A program made the position numbers and the translations under genes. Source: a virus (lineage: Duplodnaviria; Caudoviricetes). Taken from it: a DNA stretch of 61,182 bases. Below the pieces are notes generated by a model. The model was not told the DNA's origin and did not search any database. It saw nothing but the letters and a program-made list of their open reading frames with translations. This document shows positions 1-9,631 of the stretch, piece by piece (position 1 is the stretch's first letter; each line of letters begins with the position of its first letter). The DNA is taken from positions 1 through 61,182 of IMG/VR virus record IMGVR_UViG_3300030389_003077; one strand, given 5' to 3'.

Positions 1-88
1 TTCCTTTGCTTCTGTACTGATTAGCGACACCTCGAACAATCTTATCTATGTTGTTCAAGATATACATATCTGTATTGAGCTTGTCAAA
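1..88. repeat. Terminal direct overlap (copy 1); circular assembly
   Basis: 1..88 equals 61095..61182 except position 2 (T versus C); an ORF reads in frame across the junction. Confidence 0.97.
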
Positions 89-961
89 GTCCCAGTTACC
101 ACCTTCGTCTACATACTTGTCAAAGAAACTTTCTAGGTCTGAGTTGTAATCCTTGATTTCATTCCTTGCGGCATCATCAAGTTGATAAACAAACTCTTCA
201 CCCTGATCGTTCATAGCGAATGATATACCATCTAAGTCATCAACCTCAGCACTCATAGTACCGATCCATTCATCTCTATCTTCTTGAGATATGGAATAAT
301 CTTCTGACTCTGTAGGCATAGCATACTCTTCTTTAACCTCGTTAAAGTAGTCTCTAGCAGCTTTAGCGTCCTTCATAAGTTGAACCTTACCAGCGTTCAT
401 TTGTCTCTCGTTATATTCCTCCTTGTCCATTTTATACGTTGTAGCCATATAATCATTTAACTCAGCTTCAGTTAAATTAGGATTATCTAATCTTAGATAC
501 TCCTTTAGGACTGCATCGTCAGACACGTTGGATAAATCAACAGTTTGAGTGTTTAGGTAATCTTGAACTGAACGACCAGTGTTTTTAACATACTCATTGA
601 TAACTCGAAGCTGATCGCTAGCAAAGTCATTGCTTTCTGCTTGTTCACTTGTCATGTTAAGATCATCAAATGATGTTAGGTCTCGCCCAAGCTTTTCGCT
701 AAGGTATTGTAAGACAACTTCGTCATCACTGATTTCCTCACCCTCTTGCTGTTGACTAACTTGAGATTCATCAACGTTAGTCTCCTCAGTATTTAAAGAA
801 CTCTCTTGTGTTAAATCCACAACGTTGGAAGGCTCCTGCGTTGTAGGTTGAGATTCAACTGTTTGGTTTTCATCACCAGTTAAATCTACAATATTTTGTT
901 GGTTTTGTTGTTGAACAACTTCTCCACCAAGTTTATTTAATAAGTCTTCTCTTATATCCAT
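1..961 (-). CDS. Putative capsid scaffolding protein, N-terminal part (continues across the origin to 60982; 357 aa total)
   Basis: ATG at 961 (MDIREDLLNKLGGEVV...), acidic Q/E/D-rich N-terminus, lies between portal and major capsid genes on the circle; absent from the ORF track because it is split. Confidence 0.75.
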   Translation of the reverse strand, partial: MDIREDLLNKLGGEVVQQQNQQNIVDLTGDENQTVESQPTTQEPSNVVDLTQESSLNTEETNVDESQVSQQQEGEEISDDEVVLQYLSEKLGRDLTSFDDLNMTSEQAESNDFASDQLRVINEYVKNTGRSVQDYLNTQTVDLSNVSDDAVLKEYLRLDNPNLTEAELNDYMATTYKMDKEEYNERQMNAGKVQLMKDAKAARDYFNEVKEEYAMPTESEDYSISQEDRDEWIGTMSAEVDDLDGISFAMNDQGEEFVYQLDDAARNEIKDYNSDLESFFDKYVDEGGNWDFDKLNTDMYILNNIDKIVRGVANQYRSKG

Positions 962-990
962 TGTCTTAAATTTAATTTATGTTAATTTCG

Positions 991-998
991 CAAATATA
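991..998 (-). promoter_or_regulatory. Bacteroidota sigma70 -7 element (TATATTTG) for scaffold/capsid operon
   Basis: Matches TAnnTTTG, intergenic, 30 nt upstream of scaffold ATG. Confidence 0.7.
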
Positions 999-1021
999 CT
1001 TTTTTTTATTTTACTATCAAA

Positions 1022-3421
1022 TTATTGAGGAATATTTTGTTCTTCACCCAAAGGACCTCTACGGTCTTTTCTTTGTTCAATTAGTTGAGATTGATTCATG
1101 GCAGACTGTTGTTGAACAGCTTTACGAACCTCTCCTTGTATAGAGGCAGCACCTTCTTTACCAAGATTACCAAGTTCTATCTCTCTTAATCTTCGTTGAT
1201 GTTGAGCTTGCTCAAACTGTTCTTTTAGTTGAAACTCTAATTGTCTTAACTGCATCTCTGCTTGAGTTTTAGCTTGAATACGAGCCTGCTCTATTTGAAC
1301 CTCAGCCTGCATTTCTTGTTGTTTAAGTTGTGCAGCTTGTTGTGCTGATTGTTGTTGTAACATAGCGTTCTGCTGTGAAGCTTGCTGAGCTATAGACCTT
1401 TGCTCTTCTTGATACTTAGTTCTACGAAGAATAAGCATCTGATTAGCCATTTTAATATTTCTTATAGAACGTATCATTATAGCGTCTTCAAGTCTAAGTT
1501 CTTTCTGAGCTAAAGAAACTTGAATGTTTTGCTCCATCATCTGCTTTTCTTCTTCACTAGGTGCAACCTCTAAAGTTATACCAAACTCATGTATAGATAG
1601 TTTTTTCATCATATCTATACTGTGCATAGCAGTATCACCTATAACGTTACTATACATATTATGTAGACCTTTGTAGTTTAAAAGATCCTGCATTCTCATA
1701 GATATACACTGAGATACTCTTCTTGTAACGTTAAGATAAGCATCGTTTATATCTCTTGTAGCATTATTAGATGCTAGTAAAGCTAATTTTTGAACACCCA
1801 CAAGTGCTTCGCTAGATGGCTGAGAGGCATCACGTGCCTCGTTAACACCAGTTACATCACGAATCATTTGCAAGTTATGGTTGTAAACATTTATAAGAGT
1901 AACAAAATCTCTACCTATACCATTTTCTAATTCAGCTATAGGTACAGCACCTGTCATGTTACCCTCATCATCTATACGTCTATAGTATATATTACCAGTT
2001 TGATCATATATCTCTTGAAGCTCTAAAGGTGTAAAAGTCCCACCATCACCCTTAGATACGTTCTCTAAAGATCCTACCTCAAAGGCTGCACCTTTAGGTC
2101 TAGCCTTAGCAAGAACATGTTGTATTTTAAGGTGAGCTAACTGTATCTGATCAGCAAAAGGAATCATTCTATCAACCAAAGACTTACTCTTCATTTTATA
2201 TAGATTAGGTTGATATATAATATATGACAGGTTAGTCTCTGATAAGTTAGACTTAGGTCTAGGCATATCTTGCATCATACCGTAGTTAAATATATAATCC
2301 GTATTTATAATATATTTACCTGTATAAACAACCTTTACTGTTGATCCTATATTTTCTCTTTTGGTTTTTGATTTTTTAGGAGGCTTATAGTTAGATGCTT
2401 TTTTATTTACAGAAAAACCACCAAATTTATTTCCTTTTTTCTCGTAATTTAAAGAGTGACTTGTTATAAATTCAGCATCTAAAACATTAACACTAAACCT
2501 ATCGTAGTCGTAAGTCTCGTTACCATTATCATAATAAGCTCTATCACCATACGTCATAGGGTTATTATTTTTACCTGCATACTCTTTAGCTATCTTTTGA
2601 TAATCCTCTTCACTAAACTGATCTCCAGCTTGTTGTTTAAGATCAGCGATAGTCATAGAGTATATTTCACCTGCGTGCCTAACATTTTTATAATCAGGCT
2701 TTGAAGAGTAAGATGTTATAAGATTAGCAGGATCTACGTGTCTAATTACAACACCTCTAGATGGAGATAAATCAATCTTAGCAGAACATAGTCCTAAAAC
2801 AACTAAATCACGAATCATTAGTCTTTTAACTTCTTCGTAATCATTTATATCTAAAGTATAATCTATTGCTTTTTCTAAAGCTATTTCGACATTTTGCTTA
2901 TAGTTAAGTGCCATAAACATATCTATCTCCTCAGCGTTTTGAGCAACAAAACCTTTAGGTGCTAGAGGTATACCAGTTTGATCTTCAAGACCTTCTACAA
3001 AGTCTTTAGTGATCATATCAGCATACATTTCTTTTTTCTTATTTAACCTTTCTTCTGCAGCTATAGGGTCTATTGATTTTGCTTTTATATCGTACTCTTG
3101 GTTAACCATTCCGTTAACAATAACATCAACAAACTTTGGTATAATAGATACTGGAGTAAAATCTATATTAAGATATGAAGTGTCTCCTTGAACATCTAAT
3201 AGGTCTTTGTATTTACCTATATCTTGACTACCTTCAGAGTATGCTCTATTTCTAGAGTATCTTATTTTTGTATCCCTGTAGTATACATCTGAATTTTTGC
3301 TATAATCATAATACATAGCCTTAAAGTAATCAAGACCATATTTTATGTCAGCCTTCTCTTCATTTGTAGCTAAAGGAGAAGGGTAGCCATTTAATTTATC
3401 TTTTGTATTATTGTACATCAT
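1022..3421 (-). CDS. Portal protein
   Basis: 799 aa, follows TerL; IIPKFVD and IRDVTGVNEARD motifs and Q-rich coiled-coil C-terminus typical of podovirus/crAss-like portals. Confidence 0.85.
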   Translation of the reverse strand: MMYNNTKDKLNGYPSPLATNEEKADIKYGLDYFKAMYYDYSKNSDVYYRDTKIRYSRNRAYSEGSQDIGKYKDLLDVQGDTSYLNIDFTPVSIIPKFVDVIVNGMVNQEYDIKAKSIDPIAAEERLNKKKEMYADMITKDFVEGLEDQTGIPLAPKGFVAQNAEEIDMFMALNYKQNVEIALEKAIDYTLDINDYEEVKRLMIRDLVVLGLCSAKIDLSPSRGVVIRHVDPANLITSYSSKPDYKNVRHAGEIYSMTIADLKQQAGDQFSEEDYQKIAKEYAGKNNNPMTYGDRAYYDNGNETYDYDRFSVNVLDAEFITSHSLNYEKKGNKFGGFSVNKKASNYKPPKKSKTKRENIGSTVKVVYTGKYIINTDYIFNYGMMQDMPRPKSNLSETNLSYIIYQPNLYKMKSKSLVDRMIPFADQIQLAHLKIQHVLAKARPKGAAFEVGSLENVSKGDGGTFTPLELQEIYDQTGNIYYRRIDDEGNMTGAVPIAELENGIGRDFVTLINVYNHNLQMIRDVTGVNEARDASQPSSEALVGVQKLALLASNNATRDINDAYLNVTRRVSQCISMRMQDLLNYKGLHNMYSNVIGDTAMHSIDMMKKLSIHEFGITLEVAPSEEEKQMMEQNIQVSLAQKELRLEDAIMIRSIRNIKMANQMLILRRTKYQEEQRSIAQQASQQNAMLQQQSAQQAAQLKQQEMQAEVQIEQARIQAKTQAEMQLRQLEFQLKEQFEQAQHQRRLREIELGNLGKEGAASIQGEVRKAVQQQSAMNQSQLIEQRKDRRGPLGEEQNIPQ

Positions 3422-5499
3422 GCCTTAATTCTTTTACTATACATCCCTTTATTAGTATATCTTTTAACAAAAGGTGACGAAACTTTTATTTCTTTTTTAG
3501 GTTTTATATATTTTTGTGATGCTAGAAGTGCCAATGATGACGATATACTAGCATCGTATTTAGTTCTATTATCTATCTCAAATCTACTCCAATCATCTAG
3601 AAGCGTGTTAAAATAACATCTACCAATCTCTCCTGTATCTGAGTTATACCCTACATGATCGTATATATAACTTGCTATAGCTTCTGCCTGAGCATTAATA
3701 ACTGCAGCACCTGATCCAGGTATACCTTTGGTCTTTTGTTTACCTCTACTCCATTCTGTATGAGTCATATCGGGTCTATCCATTAAGTATTCATAATATC
3801 CTCTGTTTTCAAAATACTTTAGTATACCCACTTTATTATTCTCCACTAATATTTGACAACCATAAAACACGCACATCTTAATCATGTCTTCGTAAAATAT
3901 CTCCGCCTTAGGAGGTCTATTAATATACTCACACACAAACTGCATAGACGCATCGCTTGCCATACTAAACTTATGGAATACATGAGCAGCAGCATCAGAC
4001 CTTCTACCATCCGTAGTGGTATCATGATCATAAGGGTCACATCCTGCAACCAAAGCATCTGATTTACCAGGGAACTTCTTGCTATACCTAGAGGAGATAA
4101 CATTTTGATTATGTATCTCTGGAACCCAAGTAATTTCCCATTTACCTTTTTTATGAGGTATCCACATGACTTCGCTGTCCTGTATGCCATTCTTCCAAAC
4201 AAACTCACCCCTAGTTGTAGGGGTATTATTAACTTCGTTGTAATCCATCTGTTGATAGATTCTTTCGACATCAAATATACAACTTTGTGTGTCATTTCTA
4301 AATGCCTCCTCTACAGTAAAAGGAAACTGTCTTTTAAACTCAGACAATGCTGTGGTATCATTCTTTAAAGCATCCCTTCTGTTCTGTATATAATCTCTAG
4401 CTCCAATATCAATCATCATGTCATCAATACCCATAACAGGCTTATCTGGTGTATCTATAACACTGTAACCATACTCATCTATAAACCCCTCTAGATTATC
4501 ATAAGCAGGTATAAACAATTTATACAAACCACTTTTAGTCCTACCATTAAGATCTTTTTCAGACAAATCAGAATCGTAAAATATATCTTTAAACTCTGCA
4601 CCACCATCTTGTTGTTTGTTAGCAGTGGATCCCATCATACACTTTCCCACAACCTTTCTACCTAAAAGTAAACAAGTTTGAGTTACACCCCAGTTCTTCT
4701 TTATAGAGTTTTGCCCTGTCCATTTACCAGCTTCGTCATGTACTAAAAGGTTAAGCTTCATACCGTCATAACTATTATCAGCAGTATTCTTCCAATCTAT
4801 AATAGAATTAAGTGCTTCAGATTTTTCTATATGCTTTTGATTTTTAGTAATCTTTTTAGCAGGCTCTCTAAAAGCAAGCTCCACACGAGGATTACTAGAA
4901 CCATCTTGTATAGGCTGAAAAAAGAACGGGTAATTTCTATATATACGAACTACCTTGTCTGTAAACATTGTTTTAGCATCAGCACCTGTTTTGGATAACA
5001 AACCAAAGTTGCTGTCATACACTTGTGTAGCTTGATTTACTATCTCACTACTTGCCATGTATGAAAAACCACTACGCCTGTTTTTAAGAAAACACATACC
5101 GTATGAGTTTTTGTCTTTTTTACACGCTTCCCAAAAAATAAAGAACGTTCTATTAGCATCCCTGTAATCAGGATAACCAATATCTATTTTGCTCCACTGA
5201 AGAAACATATAATGAGACCCAGTGATATAAGTTGGAACACCATTATTGTAAAACCATAAACCCTCTTTTCTTCTTCTAAATTCTTCATCTATATAGTCTA
5301 CATAATCTGTAGCATTCTCCCTTGTCAATCCTTTAGGTAGATCTTGCCTGGTCCACCTCTGCTGCTTCTTAGGTAAGTTATGATATAATATATCTTTTTT
5401 ATATCTAGGTTTTTTAGGGATAACTATGTTTAAATTATCAAACTCTAGTACATCACCCTCACTACCATCTATTAAATATACTTTATCATTTCTTTGCAT
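3418..5499 (-). CDS. terL: Terminase large subunit
   Basis: Walker A-like KNRRSGFS, Walker B LLVHDEAGKW, GST coupling motif, RNase H-like GCDPYD nuclease; likely start ATG 5499. Confidence 0.92.
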   Translation of the reverse strand: MQRNDKVYLIDGSEGDVLEFDNLNIVIPKKPRYKKDILYHNLPKKQQRWTRQDLPKGLTRENATDYVDYIDEEFRRRKEGLWFYNNGVPTYITGSHYMFLQWSKIDIGYPDYRDANRTFFIFWEACKKDKNSYGMCFLKNRRSGFSYMASSEIVNQATQVYDSNFGLLSKTGADAKTMFTDKVVRIYRNYPFFFQPIQDGSSNPRVELAFREPAKKITKNQKHIEKSEALNSIIDWKNTADNSYDGMKLNLLVHDEAGKWTGQNSIKKNWGVTQTCLLLGRKVVGKCMMGSTANKQQDGGAEFKDIFYDSDLSEKDLNGRTKSGLYKLFIPAYDNLEGFIDEYGYSVIDTPDKPVMGIDDMMIDIGARDYIQNRRDALKNDTTALSEFKRQFPFTVEEAFRNDTQSCIFDVERIYQQMDYNEVNNTPTTRGEFVWKNGIQDSEVMWIPHKKGKWEITWVPEIHNQNVISSRYSKKFPGKSDALVAGCDPYDHDTTTDGRRSDAAAHVFHKFSMASDASMQFVCEYINRPPKAEIFYEDMIKMCVFYGCQILVENNKVGILKYFENRGYYEYLMDRPDMTHTEWSRGKQKTKGIPGSGAAVINAQAEAIASYIYDHVGYNSDTGEIGRCYFNTLLDDWSRFEIDNRTKYDASISSSLALLASQKYIKPKKEIKVSSPFVKRYTNKGMYSKRIKA

Positions 5500-5773
5500 A
5501 CCTTTCAGCAAAAGAACCCTTAAAGTCCTTTTTTTCTTCTATTAAATTTTCTCCTTCCTTAATTCTATCTTCTAAGTTTTTTATTCCTAAAAGAATCTCT
5601 TGACAATCTTCAAAACATTCTCTCTTTGCTTTTATAGCTTGTCTTCTCTTAGCATCATCTTCTTCTATCAAAGGTTTGCTTATCTCTTCTATAAGAAGAT
5701 CTATAGCTCCTTTGCTAGCTTCTATTAATCTCTCTAGAGTGTCAAGTGCATAGTTTTTATTCTTCATATACAC
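5486..5773 (-). CDS. Putative terminase small subunit
   Basis: Small helical protein overlapping the TerL start, ends GSFAERYAKK; assignment is positional. Confidence 0.5.
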   Translation of the reverse strand: MYMKNKNYALDTLERLIEASKGAIDLLIEEISKPLIEEDDAKRRQAIKAKRECFEDCQEILLGIKNLEDRIKEGENLIEEKKDFKGSFAERYAKK

Positions 5774-6320
5774 CTAGAATATCAAAGTTTCTCATTCTAA
5801 GAAGAGATTCTCCGTTTATATCCATATCATACTCAGAGTTCTCACTAAATAACACCCTGTCTCCTTTTCTAACTCCTTGGTCTTTCATCCAATCGTTTAT
5901 GTAAACGGCATGACCATGAAGTTCTACTTCAGAATCTGAAGTCTCTAAAAATATTCCTGACTCAGTTCTCTCTGCCTCTTTCATCTCTTGCTTAACAAAG
6001 TTCCAAACACCTATTGGTATCATCTCTCCATCCCTTTCAACTAAGTATATTTGATCTTTATTAGCTTGATAAATCTCTTTATCATCAATATACTTTATTT
6101 TGTTAGCATCTGTCGCAACAAAATGGTGAAACCAAACCTTATCACCTTTTTGTATGTTTAAATCATTATGTATAGGTGTCTCGTAAATAACTCCAAATTG
6201 TCTTGCTAACCTCATAGGGTCATAGGACGTATCTCTATACAATTCGATACCATTTAAATTAATAGTATCTTCAGTTTGCTTTACTACTTCTATCCAGTAA
6301 AGATCTTTAATTGGCTTCAT
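5757..6320 (-). CDS. groES: GroES-like co-chaperonin, tandem two-domain form
   Basis: MKPIKD start, mobile-loop-like RTESGIFL, two KGD(K/R)V(W/L)F motifs, C-terminal LRMRNFDILGV. Confidence 0.8.
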   Translation of the reverse strand: MKPIKDLYWIEVVKQTEDTINLNGIELYRDTSYDPMRLARQFGVIYETPIHNDLNIQKGDKVWFHHFVATDANKIKYIDDKEIYQANKDQIYLVERDGEMIPIGVWNFVKQEMKEAERTESGIFLETSDSEVELHGHAVYINDWMKDQGVRKGDRVLFSENSEYDMDINGESLLRMRNFDILGVYEE

Positions 6321-6337
6321 ATTTATTTGTTTTAAAT

Positions 6338-6616
6338 TTACTTAACTTCGTACTCTTCATCCAATACAGCAGTATTATACTCTATTGCTGTTGGCTGAGA
6401 GAAAAACCTTTTCCAAGGTCTAGAGAACTCCTCTCTATCTTTTTTTATATACACATCATATACTACTTGTTGATGCTTATACCACGCTGCCTCATCTTGT
6501 ATTATGGCAGTTACTTCTAGAGAACCTCCAAGCATCTTTTGACCTACCTGATAAGTCAAACCTTGCTTTAAGTCCCCTATTGTTATTTTTCTTATAATAG
6601 GATTTATTGTTTCCAT
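6338..6616 (-). CDS. Conserved hypothetical phage protein
   Basis: 92 aa, in operon upstream of groES. Confidence 0.6.
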   Translation of the reverse strand: METINPIIRKITIGDLKQGLTYQVGQKMLGGSLEVTAIIQDEAAWYKHQQVVYDVYIKKDREEFSRPWKRFFSQPTAIEYNTAVLDEEYEVK

Positions 6617-6631
6617 ATTTCTTTAATTTAA

Positions 6632-8152
6632 TTATAAGCTAAGGGACCTTGAAAGTTTTATGTGTCCCACAGCTAAACCTTTAGTTGAAGTAGTTAATGT
6701 TCTAACTCCAACTACTGGTATTAAATCTATAGCATCTGTAAGTGCTAAAGATTTTATATTTGCATTACTTTGTGTTGATCCTCCAGACTGAGATAAAACA
6801 GCTAACCCTTTTTTAACGTTGTTAACAAATACTGTAACTCTTCTACTAGAGTCTATTGAAAATCTTAGATTATAAACAACATTTTCCTCTACCGTAATAC
6901 CTAAATTAGTAATATAATCAACACCAGATATACTGTAAATAAAATGAAGATTTGCATTTGTAGTTAATGATCCTAAATCATCATTACTTGAAGCTAAAAA
7001 ATAAGCCTGATCATTATCTGTAGCATAAACACCAGTTGTAGTTAGTTTCATTCCAGCAAAAAAAGCAGTATCACTAAAAGCTTGATTTAATATTAAAGAA
7101 GCAGAAAACTCTATTTCGTGATCTGTACCAAAATTTACAGATGACCAAGCAGATGAATCACTACTTCCAGGCAATTCAGTAGAACCATCTCTTGGAGATA
7201 ATATAACAGAATCGTTATCTGAGGTAAGGGTTTGTAGAGTAATTCCAGGAAGGTTAGGGCTTCTAGTAGCAACACCAACATTTGTCCCTGATATTGCAAA
7301 ATTTTGATTAGGAGTTATGTAAGGATCTACTATAAAGAATAATTTAAATACACCTGCCGCTATATCTGTGCCGTTAGTACCAATTCTAATCTTACAACTA
7401 CCGTCAGCTACATCGTGGACCATAACATTAACCATAGCATTATCAGCTATAGTTCCAGCTTCATTTATATTAACTAAAACTTGTGAGTTAGCTCCATATA
7501 TAATATTATTATTAAAGGTGAACTCAACAGTGTCTGTAGCGGCTAAATCATGAGACTGCATTGTAATTAATCCAAACTTAGCGTTTAATGTTACTGCAGT
7601 TGTTGCGTCAGTTGATTGAGACACAGATGGTAAAAGTTGAGATGGAACTTTTTCAAAATACTCTTCCAACTTATATCTATTCTCAGAACCATTTAAAGAT
7701 CCAGAAGTAGTTAAATTACCAGAACTATCTAATCTTAGTGATTCAGATCCATTTGTAAGTAAAATAAAAGAATCACTACTATGATCATAAGCTATTTTAC
7801 CAACGTCATTGTCATTTTCATCTCCAAAGCAAATACTACCAATAGAACTGGTGCCAGATAATATGGATATACCTGAACTAGAAGATCCTTCAAAAACACC
7901 TTCATCAGCTACAGCATTTGCTGAAACTGAACCAGCAGAAGTAGACATAACATGAAATACTCCATCTTGAGTACTTCCACCTGTCCCCACACCAACTGAT
8001 AAAAATTCAGCCCTACTTGTAGATAACTTCATAGCAGTAGATATTCCACCACCTGTTTGAACATCCCTTAAAGTTTCACTAGATATTTCACTTGGCGTTT
8101 GAAGTATTCTTTGATATGTTTTAGATATAGACTTACCTTTTAATGTACTCAT
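6632..8152 (-). CDS. Putative tail fibre/virion structural protein
   Basis: S/T/G-rich beta protein with fibre-like repeats (ESLRLDSSGNL). Confidence 0.55.
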   Translation of the reverse strand: MSTLKGKSISKTYQRILQTPSEISSETLRDVQTGGGISTAMKLSTSRAEFLSVGVGTGGSTQDGVFHVMSTSAGSVSANAVADEGVFEGSSSSGISILSGTSSIGSICFGDENDNDVGKIAYDHSSDSFILLTNGSESLRLDSSGNLTTSGSLNGSENRYKLEEYFEKVPSQLLPSVSQSTDATTAVTLNAKFGLITMQSHDLAATDTVEFTFNNNIIYGANSQVLVNINEAGTIADNAMVNVMVHDVADGSCKIRIGTNGTDIAAGVFKLFFIVDPYITPNQNFAISGTNVGVATRSPNLPGITLQTLTSDNDSVILSPRDGSTELPGSSDSSAWSSVNFGTDHEIEFSASLILNQAFSDTAFFAGMKLTTTGVYATDNDQAYFLASSNDDLGSLTTNANLHFIYSISGVDYITNLGITVEENVVYNLRFSIDSSRRVTVFVNNVKKGLAVLSQSGGSTQSNANIKSLALTDAIDLIPVVGVRTLTTSTKGLAVGHIKLSRSLSL

Positions 8153-8153
8153 T

Positions 8154-8540
8154 TTATTTTTTCTTTATTTTCTCTATAGACCTACCAGCAAAGTAAGCTC
8201 CATACACTGTTATTAATAAGGTTTGATATATAGGAATATAATTCTCTTGTATAGTAAATCCTCCTACATTCCCATCAAACACTGACAAAATTACAAAAAT
8301 TGATGTTAAAAATATACATACTAGAGGTCTAATGTTTTTAGAAAGCCAATTATCAGACTTCATATCAGCCTCCCAACGCCTTGTAACTTGTTCCTGAGCT
8401 TGAGCTTCAGCTTTCACTAAAACCTCTTTCATAGCCTGTTTAGCAGCTAGACGTTCTTCTTCTGATGTAGATAAATTATCTACAACATTACCAAGCTTTT
8501 CAATTACTCCACCACCTAAAAAATTTAACAACTTACTCAT
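8154..8540 (-). CDS. Holin, 3TM (gene-transfer-agent holin-like) family
   Basis: RWEADMKSDNWLSKNIRPL motif, two TM segments, YFAGRSIEK; adjacent to endolysin. Confidence 0.75.
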   Translation of the reverse strand: MSKLLNFLGGGVIEKLGNVVDNLSTSEEERLAAKQAMKEVLVKAEAQAQEQVTRRWEADMKSDNWLSKNIRPLVCIFLTSIFVILSVFDGNVGGFTIQENYIPIYQTLLITVYGAYFAGRSIEKIKKK

Positions 8541-8992
8541 ATCTCAGCAAATTTATATTTAGTTCTTCCTTTATCATCTTTGTAAGCCTCAAGAACTTCA
8601 CTTCTGTTATTATTTTTCTTTAGAGATATATGTATCCAAGAGAAGTCAAACTCATTTATCATTTGATCAAACTCTAAACCTGAATCTAAAATCCAATCAT
8701 AAATAATCTTATTGCTCATTTTTCCATTACTCCAGTATTGTAGATCCAAAGCTTGAGCCTTGCTATGTTGACTGCGAGATGATCCACCAATAGCTTTGTT
8801 GAGTTGTGGGCTGCGATAACCACTACTAATACGAATAGGACCGATACCGTCCCTAAGAGGTTGTATGAGATTGTCAATAAGGTTTTGCATATTTTCCAAA
8901 TGTTCCTGAGACATCTCATTTTTTATTCCTAATCTTTTAGCTGTGTTACTGTGCTCAATTTCTGCACGAGTAAAATTTTTGCTTAGTTTCAT
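8537..8992 (-). CDS. Endolysin, peptidase M15A family
   Basis: SSGYRS...SQH...ALD...WIHIS zinc peptidase motifs. Confidence 0.88.
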   Translation of the reverse strand: MKLSKNFTRAEIEHSNTAKRLGIKNEMSQEHLENMQNLIDNLIQPLRDGIGPIRISSGYRSPQLNKAIGGSSRSQHSKAQALDLQYWSNGKMSNKIIYDWILDSGLEFDQMINEFDFSWIHISLKKNNNRSEVLEAYKDDKGRTKYKFAEI

Positions 8993-9001
8993 AATTCATT
9001 T

Positions 9002-9340
9002 TTAAAATGCTTCCATGACTATTTCATCTATAGAGTTTTGTACATCACTCTTAGTAGCCTCCATAGTCATCATTATATTTGCTTGAAATCTTTTTACTTC
9101 TTCATTATTGTTAAATATAACAATAGTAGGCACAACTACTATCTTATACTCACTTGCCCATCTAGAATCAGATGTTATATCTACTCTTTCTGTTTCACAG
9201 TCTGTTAGTTTACTTAACCAAGTAACTTCGTTAGCTTTATTAAAACTAGCATTAAACTCAACAGCTACCATGCCATCAGAAAAATCTTGACTAAATGCTG
9301 TCGTTGATATTAGAAAAAGTATAATTAAAAAGTTTTTCAT
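9002..9340 (-). CDS. Secreted thioredoxin-fold protein lacking CxxC
   Basis: Sec signal (…STTAFSQ), VEFNASFN in place of WCxxC, cis-Pro loop VVPTIVIF, EVKRF. Confidence 0.7.
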   Translation of the reverse strand: MKNFLIILFLISTTAFSQDFSDGMVAVEFNASFNKANEVTWLSKLTDCETERVDITSDSRWASEYKIVVVPTIVIFNNNEEVKRFQANIMMTMEATKSDVQNSIDEIVMEAF

Positions 9341-9344
9341 AACT

Positions 9345-9629
9345 TTATCTTAAGTTATCAATCTTCTCCTCCATCCTAATCATTTGGGTTTTTATTTCTT
9401 TTACGTCATCTTGTGTAGTCATAATAGTTTGACGTATAAGCTGATCCTTCATGTCATACTCCATACGAGTAATTTCTGGATCTGGAGGTTTAGGTAATTC
9501 TTTAGCATCTGCTATATCATTTTGTAGTGTAAACCACATTCCAACTAGTGTAAATATAAGTACAGCAATTCCTGCTAATGTTTTTAAGCTTACCTGTACT
9601 GCTGTTTCTTCACTTAATTCTTTTGCCAT
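9345..9629 (-). CDS. Single-TM membrane protein with C-terminal coiled coil
   Basis: Hydrophobic LAGIAVLIFTLVGMWFTL, PKPPDP linker, heptad C-terminus. Confidence 0.65.
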   Translation of the reverse strand: MAKELSEETAVQVSLKTLAGIAVLIFTLVGMWFTLQNDIADAKELPKPPDPEITRMEYDMKDQLIRQTIMTTQDDVKEIKTQMIRMEEKIDNLR

Positions 9630-9631
9630 TA

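Noticed and set aside
9002-9629. Classical i-spanin/o-spanin pair
   Set aside because: Position next to the endolysin fits and 9345..9629 has a TM plus coiled coil, but the partner has an SPI-type signal and thioredoxin fold with no lipobox Cys; not supported, though not excluded.
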